Assembly: GCA_963826065.1 (NCBI GenBank)
Contig: CAWGVP010000002.1
Span: forward strand, 243,361 to 307,360
Length of the DNA stretch: 64,000 nt
From: an uncultured Gemmatimonadales bacterium
GTDB lineage: Bacteria > Gemmatimonadota > Gemmatimonadetes > Gemmatimonadales > GWC2-71-9
Direction of reading: 5' to 3'
The position numbers were made by a program, and so were the translations under genes. The notes below the pieces were generated by a model. That model was not told the DNA's origin, made no database searches, and worked only from the letters and a program-made list of their open reading frames with translations. Shown here piece by piece: positions 8,806 to 17,453 of this stretch (positions are counted from its first letter, which is position 1; each line of letters begins with the position of its first letter).

Positions 8806-11800
8806 TTACCTCGGGGGAGATTCGGACAGGCGGCGGAAGTAATCTACCACCAGCCGCCGTTCCTCCGGCGAGAGCTGCTGCAGCTCGTCCCAGGTCGGCA
8901 CCCGCAGCCGTCCGTCGTCGGCGGTGAGCCTGGCGCGCAGCGCCGGCGGAAGCCGGACGCTGTCCCCGGTGGCGGTGGTACTTTGCCGCTCCTTCTGCTC
9001 GTCCTCCTCCTTTCCCTGAAGCGTTCGGCCGGCGTCGAGCATCCGCCGGAAGAGTCGCTCCTGGCGCTCGACCACCTGGCGGTCGAGGCGCCCGTTCTCC
9101 AGCCGACGCGCCAGCTCGCTCGCCTCCTCCGCCAGCTCTCCGGCGCTGGGGATGTTGCCCTGCCCCTTCATGCGTTGCAGCTCCTCGGCCAGCGCGCGCT
9201 GTTGGCTGGCCAGGCGCCGAAGCTCCTGCTGGATTCCCGCAGCGCCCGCCATCGGCAGCATGCCCGCCGCCTGTTGCCCCAGGCCGCCCTGCTGCTTGGC
9301 CAGCTCCGCCATCCGCTCCAGCGCCTCGGCGAGGCCGGAGCCGGAGGCGGAGCCCGAGACCTCACCCCGCGCGCGAATGAGCTGGTGCGCCGCGGCGTTG
9401 AGTGCGTCCACCGCGCCACCGGCCTGCTCGACGCCCTCGCGAACGTTCGGCACCGCGGACGCGATGGCTTCGCGCGTCTTCTGCATCTGTAGCTGCGCGC
9501 CGCCGAGCGCGCCGCCGATCTGTGCCGGCACCAGCGCGTTCTTGCCGGCCGTCTTCCGCACCTGTTCCAGCAGCCGCTTCACGCCTTCCTCGATGGCGCC
9601 CTGCTCCGCGCGGAGCGATGCGCCGGCTTCCGCACCGCTCCGGAGCGCCTCCTGCACGCCGAGCTGGCGCTCCGCCAGGCGCCCGGTCTCGGCCAGCGCC
9701 TGGTCGAGGGCCTGAACGATCTCCTGCCGCCACTGCTGCTGCATCTGCTCCCGCTCGCGCTCGAGCTGATCTCCGAGCGGTTGGAGCGATTGGGCCGCCT
9801 TTTGCCCCTGCTCCTTTGCCGGGTCGCGACGGCCCTGCTGGGCTGCCCGCGCCGCCTGCTGCATCTGACCCGTGGCCTGTTCGGCCCGTTGCGCCGCCGA
9901 CTCGAGCCGCTGCTGCTGCGGCTGACTCTCCATCTGCTGGCCGAGGCGCTCCAGACCCTTGGCCAGCGAGTCGGCCCGCGCCGCCAGCTGCCGTTCGGCC
10001 GCCGCCGCGGCCGAGCTGTCGGCCACCGGCACCTGCTCGTTCCACTGACGCTGCTCCCGGGACAGCTCGCGGGATTCTTCGGTCAGGTTGGCCAGGTCGC
10101 CCTCGAGCGCGGCGCGCTTGAACAGCTCCCGGCTGCGCTCCAGCGTTTCCCGCATCTCGCGCTGGGCCTCGGCCAGCCGTTCCAGCGCTTCCTTGGCCTG
10201 CTCCGCGTCGAGGTTCTGAAGCGCGCGCTGGAGCTCGGCGAGACGCTCACGCAGCTCCGGCGAGAGCGCGCGGTCGAGTTGCTCCCGGATCTCCTCCAGC
10301 TGTCGTTGCCACGCCGAGTCTCCCACACCGGCCGCCTCCGCGCTCTGCCGCAGCGCCTCCAGCGCCTGCTTCAGCTGCTCGGCCTGCTGCACCAGTTCCT
10401 GTTGGCCCTTCGCGACGGCCTCGGCCCGCTTGGACCGCTCGAACGAGAGCGACTCATCTCTCCGATCTTCGGTCGACCCGGCGCGTGCGCGCTCCTGGGC
10501 CAGGTCTTCGGTCTGCCGCTCGAGTCGCCGGCTCTCGGCCGTGATGGAGTCGAGCTGGCTGCTCACGTCGCTCGTCGCGATCCGCTGGGCGGCCCGGACC
10601 TCGCTCATCGTCGGCAGCCGGAGCACGAACTCGCGCGAGCGGCCGCTCTGTCGCTGTGGGGTGTTGTCGGCCGCCACGGCGTAGTACCGCACCGTGTCGC
10701 CCGGCAGCAGTCCGCGGCGGTTGAGATCGAGCGTGTGCGTGAGGATGGCCCGGTCGGGTCGCTGCTCCGGGATGACGAGCGTGTCGCGAACCGCGGAGTC
10801 CACCCCGCCGAGCCGACTGATGCGGCGGCTCACTACGACGACCCCGGTAATTCCGTAGTCGTCCCGGACGTCCACCACCAGCGGCACCTTGAGGCTGAGC
10901 GGCGCGAGCGTATCGGCGCCCGGCACCGGGATCTCGACCGCCGGCGCGCTGTCAGCCACGACGCGCACGGGCAGGTGAACCGAATCGCCCGCCAGCGGCG
11001 CACCGTTGGCGCTCGAGAGGGCCAACCGGTACTGGCCCGATCCGGGCGGCACGAAGGTCCCCGAAAATGCTCCTCCGTTCACCATCAGGGTCTCCTTCCG
11101 GTCGCCCATCTCCCAGGCGGCAGCCGCCAACGGGGCCGTGGCCTCCCCCTTGGTTTCCAGTCGGGTTCCGGCTGGCAGGAGCAGCGTGTCACCGTCGGTA
11201 GGCACCGGCTCGGACTCGAGACCGAGGTAGCCGGGATAGTGCGCGGTGACGGTGAGTGAGCCCAGAAACACCGGCAGTCGCACGGAAACCAGCACCGTAT
11301 CAGAGGAGCGGCTGCCGCTGGTGACGCGGGCGTAGACATCGCTCAGCAGCGGACCGCTGGAGAGCACCGCCGCGCCCAGCGAGTCGAGACGCACGGCGCG
11401 AGGCCGCCACTCCTCTCCCGGCGCGCGCAGCCACAGCGTGGCCGACCGGCGGCCGATCGCCTCGACCCTGAATCCGACCGAGTCTCCCCGATCCACCAGG
11501 CTCCGGTCCGCGGCGATCCGCACCGGCGCCACCATGGCGCCCCATGCGCGGGCTGGATGCCAGAGCGCCGCAGCGGTGCCGCGCTGCGGACCCGCGGAGG
11601 CGAAGGCGACGAGGCCGACCAGGAGAACTGCGGCGCCGCCGAGCCCCACGATTCTGACCGGACGCGCCAGCGGCGCGGCGGCCGCATCACCGCGGCGATC
11701 GACCTCCATCGCCTCTTCGGCATCGGCCCGGGTCAGGAGCGCGTCGCTGGTGCCCCGTGCCGGCTGGTCGAGAAGCGCCGTGAGCGTACCCCGGCGCCAC

Positions 11801-12081
11801 GCGCCCAGCTCCTCGAGCCGCCGCGCGACCTGGGAGTGCGAGAGTCCACTCAGCGCGCCCCAGGCGAGCCACGCCACCGCCGCCAAGGCCGCAGCTGCCA
11901 GCAGCCAGGCCAGGAGGACCCATTGTGGTGCTCTCACCCAGCCGAGCCGAACGGTCCAGGCGGCCGCGCCAAGGGTGAGCGCGGCAGCGCCCAGGCCGAG
12001 CGCCAGCCACCCCGCGCGAGCCCGGAGCCGCAGGGGGCGCGAGAGACGTTGGAGCGCCCGGCTGGTGGCGAGGCCGTTCAT
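8806..12081 (-). CDS. large membrane-anchored coiled-coil protein, DUF4175-like
   Basis: 1091 aa; N-terminal TM helices (GWLALGLGAAALTLGAAAW, WVLLAWLLAAAALAAVAWLAW, GLGGAAVLLVGLVAFA), central beta-rich part, about 480 aa Q/E/R/A-rich coiled coil, conserved-looking tail LSPEERRLVVDYFRRL. Confidence 0.65.
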   Translation of the reverse strand: MNGLATSRALQRLSRPLRLRARAGWLALGLGAAALTLGAAAWTVRLGWVRAPQWVLLAWLLAAAALAAVAWLAWGALSGLSHSQVARRLEELGAWRRGTLTALLDQPARGTSDALLTRADAEEAMEVDRRGDAAAAPLARPVRIVGLGGAAVLLVGLVAFASAGPQRGTAAALWHPARAWGAMVAPVRIAADRSLVDRGDSVGFRVEAIGRRSATLWLRAPGEEWRPRAVRLDSLGAAVLSSGPLLSDVYARVTSGSRSSDTVLVSVRLPVFLGSLTVTAHYPGYLGLESEPVPTDGDTLLLPAGTRLETKGEATAPLAAAAWEMGDRKETLMVNGGAFSGTFVPPGSGQYRLALSSANGAPLAGDSVHLPVRVVADSAPAVEIPVPGADTLAPLSLKVPLVVDVRDDYGITGVVVVSRRISRLGGVDSAVRDTLVIPEQRPDRAILTHTLDLNRRGLLPGDTVRYYAVAADNTPQRQSGRSREFVLRLPTMSEVRAAQRIATSDVSSQLDSITAESRRLERQTEDLAQERARAGSTEDRRDESLSFERSKRAEAVAKGQQELVQQAEQLKQALEALRQSAEAAGVGDSAWQRQLEEIREQLDRALSPELRERLAELQRALQNLDAEQAKEALERLAEAQREMRETLERSRELFKRAALEGDLANLTEESRELSREQRQWNEQVPVADSSAAAAAERQLAARADSLAKGLERLGQQMESQPQQQRLESAAQRAEQATGQMQQAARAAQQGRRDPAKEQGQKAAQSLQPLGDQLEREREQMQQQWRQEIVQALDQALAETGRLAERQLGVQEALRSGAEAGASLRAEQGAIEEGVKRLLEQVRKTAGKNALVPAQIGGALGGAQLQMQKTREAIASAVPNVREGVEQAGGAVDALNAAAHQLIRARGEVSGSASGSGLAEALERMAELAKQQGGLGQQAAGMLPMAGAAGIQQELRRLASQQRALAEELQRMKGQGNIPSAGELAEEASELARRLENGRLDRQVVERQERLFRRMLDAGRTLQGKEEDEQKERQSTTATGDSVRLPPALRARLTADDGRLRVPTWDELQQLSPEERRLVVDYFRRLSESPPR

Positions 12082-12767
12082 TCGCCAAACCCTACGGCAT
12101 AGGCGAAGAGATTGACGCCCATGCGAAGCGCCGACTCGCGCCGCTCGGCCGGGTCACGATGCACCTCGGGATCCTCCCAGCCGTCACCCAGATCGGTCTG
12201 GTAGGAGTAAAAGACCACGAGGCGGCGATCGAGAAATATTCCGAACCCCTGCGCGGCCTTCTTGTCGTGCTCGTGGATCTTGGGAATCCCCTTGGGAAAG
12301 TCGTAGACGAGATGGTAAACGGGATGATCCAGGGGAACCTCGACCAGCTCGTCGCCGGGAAACAGCCGGGCGATCTCCCGCCGGAACGACGCGTCCATCC
12401 CGTAGTTGTCGTCGGCGTGCAGGAACCCGCCCTGGCGCAGGTAGCGGCGGAGAGTGGCGAGATCGTCGTCGCTCCAGCGCACGTTCCCGTGGCCCGTCAT
12501 ATAGATGTAGGGAAGGTTCCAGAGGTCGTCGTCGCGGAGGGTGACGACCCGCTCCTCATCGGCCACGCGCAGCCCGGTGCGGGTGCGGATCGCGTCGAGG
12601 AGATTGGGAAGGCTCGAGGGGTTGGCGTACCAGTCGCCGCCCCCATCGTAGTGCAGCCGGCCCACCGTCATGAGCGCACCGGTGGACCTCGCCGCGGCCG
12701 GTCCCTGTGCGGTGGCCGAACCAGTGACGACCAGACCCCACAGGACCAAGGCGGCGGTACGCAGCAT
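12078..12767 (-). CDS. DUF4159 domain-containing protein (secreted)
   Basis: Signal peptide; LHYDGGGDWYANPSSLPNLL...YIYMTGHGNVRWSDDD...GGFLHADDNYGMD, as I recall for DUF4159; ATGA overlap with downstream gene; directly abuts rsmI stop. Confidence 0.7.
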   Translation of the reverse strand: MLRTAALVLWGLVVTGSATAQGPAAARSTGALMTVGRLHYDGGGDWYANPSSLPNLLDAIRTRTGLRVADEERVVTLRDDDLWNLPYIYMTGHGNVRWSDDDLATLRRYLRQGGFLHADDNYGMDASFRREIARLFPGDELVEVPLDHPVYHLVYDFPKGIPKIHEHDKKAAQGFGIFLDRRLVVFYSYQTDLGDGWEDPEVHRDPAERRESALRMGVNLFAYAVGFGE

Positions 12768-13598
12768 CTAAGGCAATCCCATCACCAGGCGGTAGGCGTC
12801 GTTGCGCGAGATCCCCATGGTCTCGGTGATCCGGCGGGCCACTTCGCGTCGCGAAAGGCCCCCGGCCAGGAGGGCCGTGGCCTCCTCCACCGCGTCGGCG
12901 GTACGGTCCGGCGGCGCCGCTGGCGTGCCGGTTCCCTCTACGACGATGGTGAGCTCCCCCCGGGGGGGATTCACCGAATAATAATCCGCCAGCTCGGCGA
13001 GTGTCCCGCGGCGCAGCTCCTCGTGCAGCTTGGTGAGTTCGCGTGCCACCAGGGCCAAACGTCCGGGGCCCGCGGTCGCCGCGAGGTCCTGCAGCAGGGC
13101 CACCAGCCGCGTCGGGGCCTCGAAGAACACGACGCTCCACTCCTCCGCCGCCGCACGGGCCAATAGTCGGGAGCGCTCGGTGCCTTTTCGGGGAATGAAG
13201 CCCAGGAAAAGGTAGCGGTCGGCGGGGAGTCCGGCGGCCGACAGCGCCGTCGCCGGCGCCGACGGGCCCGGGATCGGCACCACAGTGAACCCCCCCTCCA
13301 ACGCGGCGGCCACCAGGTCGGTGCCCGGGTCGCTCACGCCGGGTGTGCCGGCATCGGTGACCAGCGCGAGATCGCGCCCGTCCTTCAGTATGTCGAGAAG
13401 GGTGTCCACCCGGCGCTCGCCGGAATGGGCATGGAAGCTGAGGAGTGTGGGTGACGCGCCGAGATGGCTGAGCAGCCCCCTGGTGCGCCGGGTGTCTTCG
13501 GCGGCGACGACCGAGGCCTGTCGCAGCACTTCCGCCGCGCGAGGTGAGAGGTCGTTGAGGTTGCCGAGCGGCGTGGCGACGACGTAGAGAGTGGCCAT
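12768..13598 (-). CDS. rsmI: 16S rRNA (cytidine1402-2'-O)-methyltransferase RsmI
   Basis: MATLYVVATPLGNLNDLSPRA...AAEDTRRT...TDAGTPGVSDPG; start moved to ATG 13598 because the longer ORF start lies in a repeat element. Confidence 0.9.
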   Translation of the reverse strand: MATLYVVATPLGNLNDLSPRAAEVLRQASVVAAEDTRRTRGLLSHLGASPTLLSFHAHSGERRVDTLLDILKDGRDLALVTDAGTPGVSDPGTDLVAAALEGGFTVVPIPGPSAPATALSAAGLPADRYLFLGFIPRKGTERSRLLARAAAEEWSVVFFEAPTRLVALLQDLAATAGPGRLALVARELTKLHEELRRGTLAELADYYSVNPPRGELTIVVEGTGTPAAPPDRTADAVEEATALLAGGLSRREVARRITETMGISRNDAYRLVMGLP

Positions 13599-13602
13599 TT
13601 GA

Positions 13603-13700
13603 GCGGGGCAGCAGGACAGCGGGGCGGCGCGGCAGCCAAGCGCACCCACGGGTTTCGGTGAGCGGGGCGAGCCGCCCCGCCGCCCCGCTGCACCGCCGCC
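13603..13700. repeat. inverted pair of the same micro-array family, with small inner hairpin 13662-13680 (GCGGGGC-N5-GCCCCGC)
   Basis: G-rich arm GCGGGGCAGCAGGACAGCGGGGCGGCGCGGCAGCC, C-rich arm GCCGCCCCGCCGCCCCGCTGCACCGCCGCC; fills the trxA / rsmI spacer. Confidence 0.65.
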
Positions 13701-13704
13701 CAGC

Positions 13705-14043
13705 CTACGCCAGATGCTGCTTGATCTTCCCCTCGAGCGTGGCCTTGGGCACCGCGCCGATCACGGTGTCCACGTGCTGCCCGTTCTTGAAGAACAGAAT
13801 GCTGGGGATGGAGCGAACGTTGAACCGCATGGCCGTGCGCTGGTTGGCGTCCACGTCCAGCTTGGTCACTTTGGCTCGGCCGACATACTCGCCGGCGAGC
13901 TGATCCAGGATCGGCGCCACAATCTGGCAGGGACCGCACCATGTTGCCCAGAAGTCCACCAGAACGAGCCCGTTCGCCTGCTCGATCTCGCTCGCGAACG
14001 AGGCGTCGGTAATGTGGACAGTAGAATGGTTGGTCGCGGCCAT
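13705..14043 (-). CDS. trxA: thioredoxin
   Basis: 112 aa, VLVDFWATWCGPCQ active site. Confidence 0.95.
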   Translation of the reverse strand: MAATNHSTVHITDASFASEIEQANGLVLVDFWATWCGPCQIVAPILDQLAGEYVGRAKVTKLDVDANQRTAMRFNVRSIPSILFFKNGQHVDTVIGAVPKATLEGKIKQHLA

Positions 14044-14094
14044 GATGTTATTCTCCTAAGGTTTGACGCTTCGCTCATTCGTTTGGAGGGCCGC

Positions 14095-14490
14095 TTGGCG
14101 GATCTCCCCCGCATCGCTCATGTCGGGATCGCCGTGCCGGACATCGCCGAGGCGATCGCTTTCTATCGGGACGTCCTCGGACTCGAGCCGCATCCTGCCG
14201 AGACTGCCGACGGCGCCACCATCGTGTCCCTGCCCTTCGGCGACTCGGAAGTCGAGTTGCTCGCCCCGCGCGATCCCGATGGACCCATCGCCAGATTTCT
14301 GGACCGGCGAGGTCCCGGCATTCACCACGTCTGCTACCGCGTGGCCGATCTCGACTCCGCGCTCGCCGCCTGCCGTGCCAAAGGATATCGCCTCATCGAC
14401 GAGGTCCCGCGGAATGGGGCCGGCGGCCGCCGGATCGCCTTCGTGCATCCGAAGGCGACCGCGGGAATCCTGCTCGAGCTGACCGAGTAA
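14095..14490 (+). CDS. mce: methylmalonyl-CoA epimerase (glyoxalase/VOC family)
   Basis: IAHVGIAVPDIAEAIAFYRDVLG...GPGIHHVCYRVADLD...IAFVHPKATAGILLELTE; TTG 14095 preceded by GGAGG (14085-14089); longer ORF start would overlap trxA. Confidence 0.8.
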   Translation: MADLPRIAHVGIAVPDIAEAIAFYRDVLGLEPHPAETADGATIVSLPFGDSEVELLAPRDPDGPIARFLDRRGPGIHHVCYRVADLDSALAACRAKGYRLIDEVPRNGAGGRRIAFVHPKATAGILLELTE

Positions 14491-14525
14491 GATAACAACC
14501 GGGGGGTCTGAAGGTTCCCCGCCGC

Positions 14526-15011
14526 TCACTCCTGACTGGTGGTGTCCGTCCGGGCGCCGGGATCGCACGGCTTGGCCGGATTGCCGGCGGCCGTGAGGTC
14601 GACCTGGCTGACGATCCAGGTGCCGTCGCCCAGTTTCACGGCGCTGAACGGAACCACCCAGGAGCAGAGCTGGCGCCGGATCTCGACCTGGAGCATGTGT
14701 CGCGCGGGCCCCTCGGGGGAGTCGGTCACGACGCGGTGGGATTCGTTGCGGAGATAGGCGTGCATGATGGCGACCCGCCGCTGGTAATCCGAGGGCTGCC
14801 CGGTCTTGGCGGAGGGGCCGGCCGTGGTGCCCCACAACGCGGCCATCTGGTCGAGATTGCTGTCGGCGACCGCCTGCATGAAGCGGTCGACGGCGCCCTT
14901 GGCGGAAGTGGCGGGCTCCACGGTGGCGGGAGCTGAGCCCCCGCCGCACCCGGCGAGGACTGCGGCGAGCAGGATCCAGCGCGGCTTGATCACAAGTCTC
15001 TCACCTGGCAT
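14526..15011 (-). CDS. lipoprotein, function unknown
   Basis: Lipobox LLAAVLAGCGG after MPGERLVIKPRW; start at second Met (15011) assumed. Confidence 0.6.
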   Translation of the reverse strand: MPGERLVIKPRWILLAAVLAGCGGGSAPATVEPATSAKGAVDRFMQAVADSNLDQMAALWGTTAGPSAKTGQPSDYQRRVAIMHAYLRNESHRVVTDSPEGPARHMLQVEIRRQLCSWVVPFSAVKLGDGTWIVSQVDLTAAGNPAKPCDPGARTDTTSQE

Positions 15012-15067
15012 ATGTTGGCGAGCGAAGTTAAACCCTCGCGAAACCCCGGGCAACGGCGGCGACGACG

Positions 15068-15781
15068 ATGCGGCTCTACATCAACGTGGATCATGTGGCC
15101 ACGGTGCGCGAGGCCCGGCGGACGGTCGAGCCGGACCCGGTGGAGGCCGCGCGCCTCTGCGAGGCCGCGGGCGCGGACGGCATCACCGCGCATTTGAGGG
15201 AAGACCGGCGCCACATCCAGGACCACGACCTGGAGCGGCTGCGGCCCGCGGTCCGAGTGCTGAACGTCGAGCTGGCCACCAGCCCGGAGATCGTGGAGAT
15301 CGTCTGTCGGCTCCAGCCCTATCAGGCGACGCTGGTGCCGGAGCGCCGGGAGGAGATCACGACCGAGGGCGGGCTCGATCTGGGCCACTCGGTCGCTCGC
15401 CTCCGGGAGTCCATCCGACGCCTGGACGAGTCGGGCATCCGCGTCAGCCTCTTCGTGGACCCCGACCCGGCCACGCTCGACAAGGCGAAGGACCTCGGCG
15501 TGCCCGCGGTCGAGCTGCACACCGGCCGGTACTCCCACACCTGGCGCGAGAGCGATGCCGCCCTGGACGAGTTGCGCCGGGCCGCCCGCCACGCCGCCGA
15601 CATGGGGCTCTTCGTCCACGCGGGGCACGGACTCACCTACGAGAACGTGGTGCCGGTCGCGGGGATTCCCGAGATCGAGGAGCTCAACATCGGGCACAGC
15701 ATCGTGAGCCGCGCGGTGATGGTGGGGATGCGTCCCGCGGTGGAAGACATGCTCCGCTTGGTGAAGGGCGCCCGGGTCTGA
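15068..15781 (+). CDS. pdxJ: pyridoxine 5'-phosphate synthase
   Basis: [18 protein letters not shown]...[13 protein letters not shown]...ELHTGRY...HAGHGL. Confidence 0.95.
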   Translation: MRLYINVDHVATVREARRTVEPDPVEAARLCEAAGADGITAHLREDRRHIQDHDLERLRPAVRVLNVELATSPEIVEIVCRLQPYQATLVPERREEITTEGGLDLGHSVARLRESIRRLDESGIRVSLFVDPDPATLDKAKDLGVPAVELHTGRYSHTWRESDAALDELRRAARHAADMGLFVHAGHGLTYENVVPVAGIPEIEELNIGHSIVSRAVMVGMRPAVEDMLRLVKGARV

Positions 15782-15794
15782 TAGCTTACTGCCG

Positions 15795-17453
15795 ATGACC
15801 AACCCCCTCGCGGCGGCGGAATTTTTCGCGTCGGAAGCCGGCGAGTGTCTCGACCGGCTCGAGACGCTCGCCCGGCGGGACGACGCGCCGCCGGCGGAGG
15901 ACTTTCTCCGTGCCAGCCGGGTGCTGCGCGGCTCCGCGCTGATGGCCTCTCAGCAGGCCATCGCGCGCGCCGCGGGCGGGCTCGAGTCGGTGGCCCGGGC
16001 GCTCCGCGAGGGCCGGCGCGCCTGGGACGCCGAATGCCGGGATCAGGTGGCCCAGGCGATCGAGGAGCTCCGGCTCCTGGTCGGCCGGGTCCGCGAATGG
16101 GACGATGGCGACACCGTGCGGGCGGGCCGGCTCGCGTTGTCACTGGAGACTCTGGCCGGGCGGGCGGTCTCGGGGCCTCCCGAACGGCGTGGCGAGCACG
16201 GGGAGCTCAACGCCGGTGTCCGCGCGTTCGTGGGCCGGGAAGGTGCGCTGATCGCGAGCGCGCTCGACCGCGCCGCGCGATCCCTCCAGCACTCCCCCGG
16301 TGAGCGCGAGCCGCTCTACACGGTGATCCGTCGGATGCAGTCGCTCCGCGGCCTGGCCGAGCTCGGCGAGCTGGTGCCGCTGCCCGAAATCCTCGACGGC
16401 GTCGAGCTCGCCGTGGGCGACCTGACCCGGCTCTTCGCGCCGCCGCCCGGCGTGCACGAGGTGATGGCCGCCGGCGCGCTCGCCCTCACCCGACTCTCGC
16501 GCGACATCGCCGAGCACGGTCGCCCCGATCCCGACGCCGAGGAGGCGCGGCTCTTCACCGAACTGCTGCTCCGCGCGTTCGCGATGGAGCGCGATGTCGT
16601 TCCCATCGAGTCGCTCTATCACGAGGGCGACCCCGAGCCGGCCACACCGCCACCGGGCCAGCCGCAGTTCGAGGGCCCCGCCCCGCTCGGTCCGCTGGAG
16701 CTGGTGAGCCAGGGTGAACATCTCTGCCAGATCGCTGACCTGATTGCGCGCGCACGCTCGGCGACCGAGCGCGACCTCCGGCTCTATCATCTCATCGGTG
16801 CGCTGCGCTCGACCAACACGCCGGGGCCCGATCCGGTGGCGGGAGCCCTCGCCGTGTTCGCCCGGTCCACGCGCGAGGCGCTGGCGGCGGGCATGGCGAG
16901 CCAGCTGAGCGGCGAGCTGGTGGTGAACCTCAAGGCGGCCGGAGAGCTGCTGCGGTCGGTGGCCGATGCCGGCGACCGGATGCAGGTCTCACGCCGCATC
17001 CTCGACGTCGCCTACAGGCTCGATCAGGCGCGGCTGGGCACGGCGGAGCCCGCAGCGGCGGCGCCGGAGCCGACCGAGACGGACATCGTCCCGATCGAAT
17101 CGCTCCAGTTCGACGCTGCGGAAGACCGGGAGGAAGACGTGGTTCCCATCGCGACCCTCGCCCCCGATCCCACGCCGTCGGAGGGGGACGCGAGCGGGCT
17201 GGAGGCGAGCTTCCGCACGCTCGAGCGGCTCCAGCGCGAGCGCGGCGCGGCGCCGCCGTCGCTGGACGCGCTGGTGGAGCACACGGTGGACATCGGGTCG
17301 CTCTGCTATCGCGGCCGCTCCGCGCTGGAGCGGGCCGCCACGGTGCGCGGCGCGCTGGCCGCCGAGCTGGCGGGCGTCGCGGACCTGGCCGCGATCCGGC
17401 CGCTGTTGCAAGAGCTGCTCGATCTCGTCCCGCTGGCGCTTGACGAGCCCTGA
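15795..17453 (+). CDS. hypothetical protein with Hpt-like helical segments and three D-[VI]-VPI-x-[ST]-L motifs
   Basis: 552 aa; RVLRGSA resembles the Hpt HxLKGSA motif with Arg in place of His; DVVPIESL (16593-16616), DIVPIESL (17082-17105), DVVPIATL (17136-17159). Confidence 0.55.
   Translation: MTNPLAAAEFFASEAGECLDRLETLARRDDAPPAEDFLRASRVLRGSALMASQQAIARAAGGLESVARALREGRRAWDAECRDQVAQAIEELRLLVGRVREWDDGDTVRAGRLALSLETLAGRAVSGPPERRGEHGELNAGVRAFVGREGALIASALDRAARSLQHSPGEREPLYTVIRRMQSLRGLAELGELVPLPEILDGVELAVGDLTRLFAPPPGVHEVMAAGALALTRLSRDIAEHGRPDPDAEEARLFTELLLRAFAMERDVVPIESLYHEGDPEPATPPPGQPQFEGPAPLGPLELVSQGEHLCQIADLIARARSATERDLRLYHLIGALRSTNTPGPDPVAGALAVFARSTREALAAGMASQLSGELVVNLKAAGELLRSVADAGDRMQVSRRILDVAYRLDQARLGTAEPAAAAPEPTETDIVPIESLQFDAAEDREEDVVPIATLAPDPTPSEGDASGLEASFRTLERLQRERGAAPPSLDALVEHTVDIGSLCYRGRSALERAATVRGALAAELAGVADLAAIRPLLQELLDLVPLALDEP

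Noticed and set aside
9081-10581. Low-complexity Q/E/R/A region as non-coding DNA or a second SMC-like protein.
   Set aside because: It lies in a single 1091-codon frame bounded by overlap with neighbouring genes. It has no Walker motifs or hinge. It is consistent with a coiled-coil stalk of a membrane-anchored protein.
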